Program-made: the position numbers and the translations under genes
In this document: positions 23,901-35,565 of the stretch, in pieces
How positions within the stretch are numbered: the first letter of the stretch is position 1
Layout of the letters: each line of letters begins with the position of its first letter
Notes under the pieces: model-generated
Told to the model about the DNA's origin: nothing
Seen by the model: the letters and a program-made list of their open reading frames with translations, nothing else
The model's database searches: none
Assembly: GCA_030141605.1 (NCBI GenBank)
Contig: JAQGDQ010000857.1
Span: 51,604-87,168, forward strand
Length of the DNA: 35,565 nt
Direction: 5' to 3'
DNA from: Tubiluchus corallicola
Lineage: Eukaryota; Animalia; Priapulida

Positions 23901-24066
23901 CTTTAGAACATCATAGTTATGCTTGAAAGTCTATACGACGTCGAGAAATACCTGGCCACGTTAGACTGAAAGTTATCGCAGCGAGATGTAGACGTTTTCC
24001 GGTTTTTCAACCAACTTGTTCACAGAAATCAACGAAGCTATTGAAGAACAAGTCACGACACTATGG

Positions 24067-24282
<216 letters not shown>

Positions 24283-25422
24283 TGTCATTCAGACGCTGAT
24301 AGACTCCTGCTATCATATAATTTTTTGCCTTGATATCTCTGAAATCTCCTTAAAATAAAAGGCCGACGCGTAGAAGTTTTAACCTTGTCTACATGTCGTG
24401 CGTGGGCGTTTATTCTCCTCTGGATAGATCAGAATTTGGGCGTAAATTTCTACCTGAACAAATTAAACCGCCTTTAACCGAACAGGAGTTAAAAGGAGGC
24501 GGGATTCGATGATGTAGAAGATGATTTGAATTTCTTCCTGCTAAGGAATTTCTGACCATGTCTCTGGCATGCGGTACTAGGCCACAGATATGAAAATGAC
24601 GCAGGAGGTAATTATTCTCATGGCGTCCTTGGCATGCTCTATAGATGTCATTTTATGGACTTCGCTAGAACGGATCTCACCAGGTGGCTTGGGTGACTAA
24701 CATCAGCTGAATGGAGTTGCATGCGTGAGCAGCATTTAGAGTTCGCGGTGACACGTACGCAACGCAAATCTTTACTATTATGTAGGACCGTGAGCTATGC
24801 GAAGTATTTCACGCACGCATTAATTTTTTCTAATAATTTATTAGTCACAGTAGGATTTAGGCTTATTAGTTGGTAACAACCTGACAAGTTATAATATCAT
24901 GCCGGAAGGAATAGTAACCACGGGGAATAATAACTCGATTAACCTACCATTTGACGTCATTATAGGTTTTTCACCCCCACAACTTTTAAACTGCATAACT
25001 TAAGACCGAGTATTAGTGCAGCGTTATATTAAAACGTATTTTTTTTATTTATTATTATTATCACATTCAGTACAATATAATGACATTAAGCACACAGTGG
25101 CATCAAAATTATTACATCATACTGTATCAAATTGTTATGTTTCATACACTATCGTTATCATAAAAGAATAATTGTACTGCAGTGGGGCTAGAGAAGCAAA
25201 GGCTTGTATAAGCCCACTGTCATGTGAACCCGATAAAAAAAGAATGGATGAGTGAACAAAAAAAGAACTGGGAGAAAGGTTAGATCACACAGGAAGGGTA
25301 GAAGGATGTGTTAGTGCAAATGGTGGGAAGAAAGATAATAGATTGCGCTATGTTGACATCAGCGTAAAGATTTATCAATGATACCTTGTCTTGCATAATC
25401 TGTACCTTGTGTTGGATGTTAA

Positions 25423-25961
25423 AGGAAAACCCAACGAGTACCTAGACACGAGTTCAAAATAAAGAATGCTCCAAAATACTGAAAACTACAACAGCTTCTT
25501 TTAAATCAAAGCTTAGATTAAATAATAATTACCTCCGAAGTTAAATTTTGATAAACTTTCAAAGCTACGCGCGGCTCAGCGAATCCAATAACGGCGCCTT
25601 TTTGTCTCATTCGCATGAACGAAAAATAGGTGCGGTACCGTGATAACGATGATCATGAACTGCAGTGTTCGTCTGTGACGTCTGTATGACGTAAAGCTCA
25701 TTTTTGTGACATCACATCAGCGTCCTATAGCAATCTCCTATAGCAATAGCTTACGCAAACGTACTTGATGCACATGGAAGATGCCTATAATTGCACAAAC
25801 TGTCGTTAGTTTGTGACGTAAGCGATAGCTGTGTTGGATTGCCGATAATTAACTTTCTAATGTAATTATTTAAATATTGGAAACATTCATAAGCAAGAAA
25901 ATGTACATTTTGGACAGCCAATTAAAATTATATAGGGACTAATCAATTGTCCGGTTTACTT
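25423..25961 (+). mobile_element. Kolobok-like MITE, copy 3
   Basis: TTAA|AGGAAAACC...CCGGTTTACTT|TTAA; collinear with 14466-14979. Confidence 0.8.
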
Positions 25962-26273
25962 TTAAGAGAAATGAATAAATGCTGTCAAAGTGTGTAAAGA
26001 AACTTGCTTTGTTCAATTTTGGGTCACTCAAACTTTGTATTTTCGTCTAGTATGTGATTGGTAAATAGCAATACGTTGTATAACCAGCTTCAGCAGATAC
26101 TCGGAAAGAGTGAAAAGATATAAAATTTGATAATCACTACTTAGCTGCACCCTGTAATTTAGACCACAATGCCAGTTTCTGGTCTGTAGATTATAATAAA
26201 TTGCAGGTTATATAACATTAAATGTGTGCAGAATACAACCACACCCGAAATAAATTATTGCTTTAACTTTCTT

Positions 26274-27160
<887 letters not shown>

Positions 27161-27959
27161 TCTCTTTCCCGTCCCTTTTTTGCTTTCTCTCTCCAACACG
27201 CGTTCCACTTCCACTCTCTCTTCCTGTGACTCCCTTTCTTTCTCGTTCCCTCCAATTTCCTATGAGTTTCGAAAGATGAATGCTGCCTAAATTTAAGTGT
27301 AATACTTTTCAGTCGCCTTGCCTTCGCTAGAAAGGAAAAAAGTGCAGAGACAGCCAATAAAACGAAGTTAAGTAAATCGGATAACTCTAATCGAAGACTG
27401 AATTCCGGAAAAAATAAACTTCCTCCGCCAAATTGTAGGTGTTTCCCAACAGTCTGAAGGGCGGTCACATTTTGCCTAACCTCACAAAGAGGGGAAATAT
27501 CAGACATAGCCAACCGCTGATTCACCACTAGCCCAAAGGGAAATTCCTAAAAAATTGCATGTGGTAATTTGATGCGCTCAATGAAATTACTGTGACACGT
27601 GACAACCTAGTTATATACGGTTATGACCATATTTGTCGCGAGCTAGGCAATTAGTATTAGTTTTGTCTGTCGCCAGTAGATGTCGCTCCAGAGAAATAGG
27701 CGACCTCGACATTCGTAAACTCAGTGTCAAAAATTTGAGCGTTCGTTCGTGAAACGTTTAAAAAGCCTTCACTAGGTAACACTGGCCGGGAAGTAGGCTT
27801 CTCTAGATCGAGAAAAAAAACATTAAAAAATCAGAGTCAGTAAATTCAATTCAATTTAATTCTATTCAAAGTTTTATTCCGATAACTAAATCCATATAAA
27901 ATGCAAATACAGCATTAACGATATAACATTAAAATGTAAATACAGAGTAAATAAATAAA

Positions 27960-28210
27960 GTAATTTAGTAATTTAATAATTTAATAATTTACTAAATTTA
28001 ATAATTTAATAATTTACTAAATTTAATTATTTAATAATTTACTAAATTTAATAATTTAATAATTTACTAAATTTAATAATTTAATAATTTACTAAATTTA
28101 ATAATTTAATAATTTACTAAATTTAATAATTTACTAAATTTAATAATTTAATAATTTACTAAATTTAATAATTTACTAAATTTAATAATTTACTAATTTA
28201 ATAAATAATT
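27960..28210. repeat. AT-rich minisatellite of TTTAATAA / TTTACTAAA units
   Basis: Directly visible. Confidence 0.93.
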
Positions 28211-28710
28211 TGGTAGCATATTAAATAAAAGGTTTCGGATGAGGCAAATGGAGTAATGATGGTTGACCTTTGACCTACGGGTCACTGAAAAAAAGTTGCG
28301 ATATCATAGCGAAGTGGAATTCTTACTTTATCATGCAATGCGAATTTAATAAAATCAAAATTATGACCCTCAAACAAAAGGCTCCTGTTTTTCCACAGCC
28401 TAAATCTGTAGCTATTATTTGCAGAATCTCCGTTTTCTGACCACCTCATACAGAAACCTTGTCAAAAGGGTTGATTTATTTATTGCGTCTATGCAAATCC
28501 AATTATAGCTGTACAATTATTTACTCGTATTAAAATAGAAATTTGCAATAAAATACTGAGCACAAATTAGAACCACAGACAGAAATAAAAATTACAAAAA
28601 TTTAAATAAAACGCTAAGCCTTCTGGGAGGTTATGCTCATTTCAATGTTTTACGAAAAATGTTAGAAGACTTTAGTAATAAAAGTGAACTAAGTGACTCG
28701 TGTAACTAGT

Positions 28711-29232
28711 AAAATGTCTTTAACCGTGGAGATACCAGTCTGTTTTGTAAATCCACTATAAATAAATAAAGTTTAAACTAACTAAAATGTCTTTAACCGT
28801 GGAGATACCAGTCTGTTTTGTAAATCCACTATGAATAAATAAAGTTTAAAGTAACTAAAACGTCTTTAACAGTGGAGATACCAGTCAGTTTTGTAAATCC
28901 ACTATAAATAAATAAAGTTTAAACTAACTAAAACGTCTTTAACCGTGGAGATACCAGTCTGTTTTGTAAATCCACTATGAATAAATAAAGTTTAAACTAA
29001 CTAAAACGTCTTTAACAGTGGAGATACCAGTCAGTTTTGTAAATCCACTATAAATAAATAAAGTTTAAACTAACTAAAACGTCTTTAACCGTGGAGATAC
29101 CAGTCTGTTTTGTAAATCCACTATGAATAAATAAAGTTTAAAGTAACTAAAACGTCTTTAACAGTGGAGATACCAGTCTGTTTTGTAAATCCGCTATAAA
29201 TAAATAAAGTTTAAACTAAATAAAACGTCTTT
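28711..29232 (+). repeat. 73-bp tandem repeat, ~7.2 copies
   Basis: Unit AAAACGTCTTTAACCGTGGAGATACCAGTCTGTTTTGTAAATCCACTATAAATAAATAAAGTTTAAACTAACT; ~2 inverted copies at 34001-34135. Confidence 0.95.
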
Positions 29233-29762
29233 AAAGTCGCGATCATTTCACGCTAGTACGTTCCCATTTTAAGCGCCTTTTCTCCCACCAATAACGTCGC
29301 TCTTCAGTGGAAGAAATTTCCATCAACTGCAAAATGATAAGCTTTTACAAAAAATAATATTTTTACATGGATTCAATTGAATTCAAAGGTTATATATCTG
29401 TAATATATATTTATAGTGCAAATACAACAAATTATGTAAAGTGTGTAGAGATGGGGTGGCGAAAGACCAGGAGGTCATCGAGTCAGCCACCCCTATATAA
29501 CTTAGAAATATTATAAAGCACGGCAGAATACATAGTTAAGTGAATAATGGCAGACTACATGGTTAAGTGAATAAATACGTGGTTAGATCTTAAGTGTAGC
29601 AAATAAACAAAATGCAATGCAGTTATATTATAATTTTACCAATGGAAAAAGCAAGTAAATAATGCAATAAAAAATTAAAACAACAACTGAACAAGTCATG
29701 AATGCAACAACAAAAAAGCAAGCAATCTGGTTAAATCATAAATGCAGCGAGTGAAGTTTATA

Positions 29763-30196
29763 ATGGGATACGAGAATATTTTCTGCCTTTAAAATTAAAA
29801 AATTTTAAAACTGACAGTTATTTGGTCTGTTAATAGTTATTATGATTTAAGCCAATAACAATAGACTAAAAATGGTGATAGAATGGCAAACTAAAAAATC
29901 TACATAGCACAAAAAACTGTGCAAGGTACAGTACTTTAGAGACGACTTTGTACAGATCAGCATAGCATGCATACTAAATGTCTTAAATACTTTAAAAAAT
30001 TATCAGCAGTTGCAAAATGAAGCACATTTTTTGCTTCCATTGAAGCCCAATGTATCTCGTGGGATACAGGCTATATTTAGCACGCGGGCACAGGTAGAAA
30101 AAAATAATTATTATGTGTAAACAAGATGGACATACTGAACAAAAGTACCAAGCCAAAATTTTTTTCTTATTAAAAAATAATTTGGGACTGAAAGGG
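29763..30196 (-). mobile_element. piggyBac-like MITE, copy 2 (one end truncated)
   Basis: Ends ...TGAAAGGG|TTAA; reverse complement of 7472-7903. Confidence 0.85.
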
Positions 30197-30227
30197 TTAA
30201 GTAAGCCGTGGAAGTACGAATTAGTGA

Positions 30228-30228
<1 letters not shown>

Positions 30229-30286
<58 letters not shown>

Positions 30287-30290
30287 TCCT

Positions 30291-30322
<32 letters not shown>
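30229..30322. repeat. (TTTC)n microsatellite
   Basis: Directly visible. Confidence 0.97.
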
Positions 30323-30323
<1 letters not shown>

Positions 30324-30690
30324 GCATTCTTTCTTCTTTGTTTCTTTTGCTAACTTTCCTTTAAATTGAACTCGTTGTCCTAAAAGAATACCAAGCCTTC
30401 TGGGAAGTTAGGCTTATTTCAACATTCGGGAAGAAGTTTTGCAAAAAAAATTAGATTTGCTAATTTTGTGACATTTTTACATGGATATTAGATAAGCTGC
30501 AGAGGTTTGAATTAGATTATGCAGCGCCCGCTTACGAAAAGCCACGATTCGCTTACGAAAAGTTACGAAGTACATCAGTTACGTCGTAATAACTGAATAG
30601 TAGCTACCACCGCGGCTGAAAATTTTTATTGAGCGGTAGTATTTGTAGTACCAGCTATTGAGATGAACTTTGACCATTGTGTTGACCACT

Positions 30691-30776
30691 GTGAGATGAG
30701 TGGCAGAATGGTCTAAGGTGTCTGCTTTGGGACCAGAAGTACCCTGGTTCAAACCCGGCTTGTGCACTAGTTTTTT
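30691..30776 (+). pseudogene. tRNA-like Pol III unit (tRNA pseudogene or SINE head; TGG in anticodon-like loop)
   Basis: A-box TGGCAGAATGG, TCTGc-TTTGGGA-cCAGA arm, B-box GGTTCAAACCC, imperfect acceptor stem, T6 terminator at 30771-30776. Confidence 0.55.
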
Positions 30777-32026
30777 CATATTTTCTGTTTTTTTATCCTT
30801 GGAAACAAAAACTAATTAATTACGTGTTTGCTCTAGTATTGTAATCATAATCTCTACGTTAAGATTATAATAATTAACCAATATAATGATCGCTCTCAGT
30901 TGCCAATTATCATGTGATTCATTACTAGTCAAATCTTTTACGATAAACACGTACGCATGCGCAGCAATCTTCCATCAACGAGCTAAATTATCAAGAGCAA
31001 TCTGGTGTGTAAAACCCTACAAAATTAACTTTTCCCATTGACTAACATTCTTTTACTAACTAGACTCAGTGTTGCCCAACTGCCGTCTGCTATTTTCTTT
31101 AGTGTAATGTGTTTATCATTAACTTTTTTTGCACAGAAAATGGTTTTTATAACGCTTTACTCTTGTTGCTGTTTTAGTTTTTTGAAACGTGGCCAAGAGC
31201 CTCGGGTAATACTGTACATTTTTACCACAAGTTTGAGTTTCTTGGCGAAAATACACCAGCAATTACTGCTGGGTCAAGTTTGCTAACAACTTGCAATAAA
31301 ACATCAAGTCTGCTGTAATATGACTGCTATTATACAGTTTATATCAACATTGCTGATGGTAACTCGTGCTTAACAGAGGTGGTTTTCACTAATAAACAAC
31401 ATCACAATCTTCTAGAATTTTGATATTGAAGGGATAGAATAGCGCAATGTAGGTAATGGCAAAGTTTGACAAAATTTACGCACATCGCCTTTAATTTGTT
31501 AAAAATCCAATCTTAGAAATAAGTGAAACGCCTCACAATTCATTCTGATTGGCTAAGTAATCTACTGCGGGTTTGTTCTAACAATAACCGTGTTTGCTGT
31601 GTCGTATTTTCAAGTCCGATAAAAAGTATACATTTTAACACATTTAATACTGCAAAAGCGTTTCTGATAATTAAATAATAGATTAAAAACTTAATTAACG
31701 GCGGGCGAGCCCAACTATTGATGACATCACAAACTAACATAATTTTCAACAGCAAAAATATTCCATGAGCGTGTTGCACGTGTTTGTGAAAGCGAAAATT
31801 GAAGTACAGTGCTACTGTAAGACATTCAGTGTGTTGTACTAAAACTAGGCAAGTTTTAAGATGAAAATTCAAATTTCAGATATACCGCTGTACTCATCCA
31901 TGACCTGTCGAACGTGTGTAGTACGTCAGAAACGAACACATCTGAACTGAGAGGTGGAGCACCTCCTTTTCTGTGCAACGCGTTTTCGAAATGCAAATGC
32001 TAGTGCCCGTCTAACCAGCGAATGGC

Positions 32027-33573
32027 ATGGTAAGATGTATGGGTAGTCATAACAACACATGGTGAGCAGTATGGGCAGTCATAACAACACATGGTGAGCA
32101 GTATGGGCAGTCATAACAACACATGGTGAGATGTACGGGTAGTCATAACAACACATTGTGAGATGTATGGGCAGTCATAACAACACATGGTGGGATGTAT
32201 GGGTAGTCATAACAACACATGGTGAGATGTATGGGTAGTAATAACAACACACGGTGAGATGTATGGGCAGTCATAACAACACATGGTGAGATGTACGGGT
32301 AATCATAACAACACATGGTGGGATGAATGGGTAATCATAATGTAGGTAGTCATAACAACACATGGTGAGATGTACGGGTAGTCATAACAACACATGGTGA
32401 GATGTACGGGTAGTCATAACAACACATGGTGGGATGAATGGGTAATCATAACAACACATGGTGAGCTGTATGGGTAGTCATAACAACACATGGTGAGATC
32501 TATGGGTAGTCATAACAACACATGGTGAGCTGTATGGGTAGTAATAACAACACACGGTGAGATGTATGGGTAGTCATAACAACACATGGTGAGATGTACG
32601 GGTAGTCATAACAACATATGGTGAGATGTATGGGTAGTCATAACAACACATGGTGAGATGTATGGGTAGTCATAACAACACATGGTGAGCTGTACGAGTA
32701 GTCATAACAACACATGGTGAGATGTACGGGTAGTCATAATAACACATGGTGAGATGTATGGGTAGTCATAACAACACATGGTGAGATGTATGGGTTGTCA
32801 TAACAACACATGGTGAGATGTACGGGTAGTCATAACAACACATGGTGAGATGTATGGGTAGTCATAACAACACATGGTGAGATGTACGGGTAGTCATAAT
32901 AACACATGGTGAGATGTATGGGTAGTCATAACAACACATGGTGAGATGTATGGGTTGTCATAACAACACATGGTGAGATGTACGGGTAGTCACAACAACA
33001 CATGGTGAGATGTACGGGTAGTCACAACAACACATGGTGAGATGTATGGGTTGTCATAACAACACATGGTGAGATGTACGGGTAGTCACAACAACACATG
33101 GTGAGCTGTACGAGTAGTCATAACAACATATGGTGAGATGTATGGGTAGTCATAACAACACATGGTGAGATGTATGGGTAGTCATAACAACACATGGTGA
33201 GATGTATGGGTAGTCATAACAACATATGGTGAGCTGTACGAGTAGTCATAACAACACATGGTGAGATGTACGGGTAGTCACAACAACACATGGTGAGATG
33301 TATGGGTAGTCATAACAACACATGGTGAGATGTACGGGTAGTCACAACAACACATGGTGAGATGTATGGGTAGTCATAATAACACATGGTGAGATGTATG
33401 GGTAGTCATAACAACACATGGTGAGATGTATGGGCAGTCATAACAACACATGGTGAGCTGTACGAGTAGTCATAACAACACATGGTGAGATGTACGGGTA
33501 GTCACAACAACACATGGTGAGATGTACGGGTAGTCACAACAACACATGGTGAGATGTATGAGTAGTCATAACA
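32027..33573. repeat. 32-bp minisatellite, ~48 copies
   Basis: Unit CATGGTGAGATGTAYGGGTAGTCATAACAACA, head-to-tail with no spacers. Confidence 0.97.
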
Positions 33574-34000
33574 AAAACCCGAATCAAAATAACGACTACA
33601 ATATATTATAAAATTTAAATTAGGTTGTGATGATAGAATAATTTAAGCCTGATTAATAGCAATTAGCGTAGTTGATAACTAATATTTAGATAACTAATAT
33701 TCAAAATGTAGTAAATTAATAATTATCCGTACACTGTATTCTATTTTGTGTAAAAAGATACGAATTATGCGTACTTTAATTTAAAATTCTATTCTTAAAG
33801 AACTCGAATACAAATTTACAAACCAAAACTACAATTTCGGCATCGTTAGTTCCGAAAAGAAATATCAATTTCACGAATTTCTTATCGTTTGACATATTAT
33901 ACAAGTCTGGGCACAAGTTATTAATTTTACTGTAAAAGGCAGACCGTAGCTTTACAGACTAATGTTCTTTGTATTACAAATCGATGTTATAAGTTACAAG

Positions 34001-35035
34001 TTTATTTATTTATAGCGGATTTACAAAACAGACTGGTATCTCCACGGCTAAAGACGTTTTAGTTAGTTTAAACTTTATTTATTTTTAGTGGATTTACAAA
34101 ACAGGCTGTTATCTCCACGGCTAAAGACGTTTTACTAGTTACACGAGTCACTGAGCTCACTTTTATTACTAAAGTCTTCTAACATTTTTCGTATAACATT
34201 ATTAAATTACTGAATTACTTTATTTATTTACTCTGTATTTACATTTTAATGTTATATCTTTTTCACCGTATTTTATTTCATTTTAATGCTGTATTTGCAT
34301 TTTATATGGATTTAGTTATCGGAAAAAAACTTTCAATTGAATTAAATTGAATTGAATTTACTGAGTCTGATTTTTTAATGTTTTTTTTCTCGATCTAGAG
34401 AAGCCTACTCCCCGGCCAGTGTTACCTAGTGAAGGCTTTTTAAACGTTTCACGAACGAACGCTCAAATTTTTGACACTGAGTTTACGAATGTCGAGGTCG
34501 CCTATTTCTCTGGAGCGACATCTACTGGCGACAGACAAAACTAATACTAATTGCCTAGCTCGCGACAAACATGGTCATAACCGTATATAACTAGGTTGTC
34601 ACGTGTCACAGTAATTTCATTGAGCGCATCAAATTACCACATGCAATTTTTTAGGAATTTCCCTTTGGGCTAGTGGTGAATCAGCGGTTGGCTATGTCTG
34701 ATATTTCCTCTCTTTGTGAGGTTAGGCAAAATGTGACCGCCCTTCAGACTGTTGGGAAACACCTACAATTTGGCGGAGGAAGTTTATTTTGTCCGGAATT
34801 CAGTCTTCGATTAGAGTTATCCGTTTTACTTAACTTCGTTTTATTGGCTGTCTCTGCACTTTTTTCCTTTCTAGCGAAGGCAAGGCGACTGAAAAGTATT
34901 ACACTTAAATTTAGGCAGCATTCATCTTTCGAAACTCATAGGAAATTGGAGGAACGAGAAAGAAAGGGAGTCACAGAAGAGAGTGGAAGTGGAACGCGTG
35001 TTGAAAGAAAAGGGACGGGAAGAGAGAAGGGATGA
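34001..35035 (-). repeat. Right arm of large inverted duplication
   Basis: Reverse complement of the left arm, lacking ~27979-28643 and ~5 copies of the 73-bp unit. Confidence 0.93.
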
Positions 35036-35565
35036 GTTATGGAGGTAGGATAAGAAAGGAAGGAGGAAAAGAGGAGAGAGAGAGGGAGAGAGAGAGGGGA
35101 GAGAGAAAGAGTGAGAGAGAAGAGAGAGGGAAGGAGAAGTGAGAGAAGAGTGAGTGTGTAGAAGGAGAGAGAGGAGAGAGAGAAGAAGGAGAAGGAATAG
35201 AAATAGAGAGGAATAGAGGGAGAGAGAGAGAAGAGATGAAGGGAAGGAGAAGAGAGAGGGAGAGGGAAGAGAGGAGAGAGAGGAGAGAGAGAGGAGAGAG
35301 GAGAGAGGAGAGAGGAGAGAGGAGAGAGAAGAGAGGAGAGAGGAGAGAGGAGAGAGGAGAGAGAAGAGAGGAGAAGAGAAGAGAAGAGAAGAGAGAAGAG
35401 AGGAGAGAGGAGAGAGAGAGGAGAGAGGAAAGGAGGAGAGAGGAGAGAAGAGAGAAGAGAGAAGAGAGAAGAGAGAAGAGAGGAGAGAGGAGAGAGGAGA
35501 GAGGAGAGAGGAGAGAGGAGAAGAGAGGAGAAGAGAGAAGAGAGGAGAGAGGAGAGAGGAGAGAG
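35036..35565. repeat. GA-rich low-complexity tract (possibly low-quality consensus)
   Basis: Almost purely G/A; loosely mirrors the CT tract at 26278-27160. Confidence 0.9.

Noticed and set aside
28711-29232. CRISPR-like repeat-spacer period (73 bp)
   Set aside because: The whole unit is repeated and there is no variable spacer.
32027-33573. CRISPR array (32-bp repeats)
   Set aside because: Repeats are contiguous with no unique spacers, no cas genes are present, and the context is eukaryotic.

Overview
AT-rich, microsatellite- and transposon-dense animal genomic DNA (spliceosomal GT-AG introns; probably an invertebrate, taxon not determinable). Two complete genes can be assembled by hand. 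(1) MORN3 on + (5 coding exons, 4226-9146, 245 aa), preceded by an X-box + forkhead + Inr-like promoter module. (2) A convergent minus-strand gene (18318-10330, 5 exons, 447 aa) encoding a secreted protein with signal peptide and four VWC domains separated by Thr-rich linkers. Divergent from MORN3 is a minus-strand SAP-domain-like first exon followed by several small, apparently non-coding exons. The rest is repeats: hAT, piggyBac-like, Kolobok-like and pogo-like MITEs (several with intact TSDs), LINE 3' tails, tRNA-like Pol III heads, 73-bp and 32-bp tandem arrays, and a >1 kb inverted duplication. The most unusual element is a palindrome in a VWC-gene intron whose two arms each carry a degenerate minimal type-I hammerhead-ribozyme-like fold of the Penelope kind. 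No CRISPR array or prokaryotic system is present, and most ORFs in the supplied track are repeat artefacts. All calls are manual; no searches were run.
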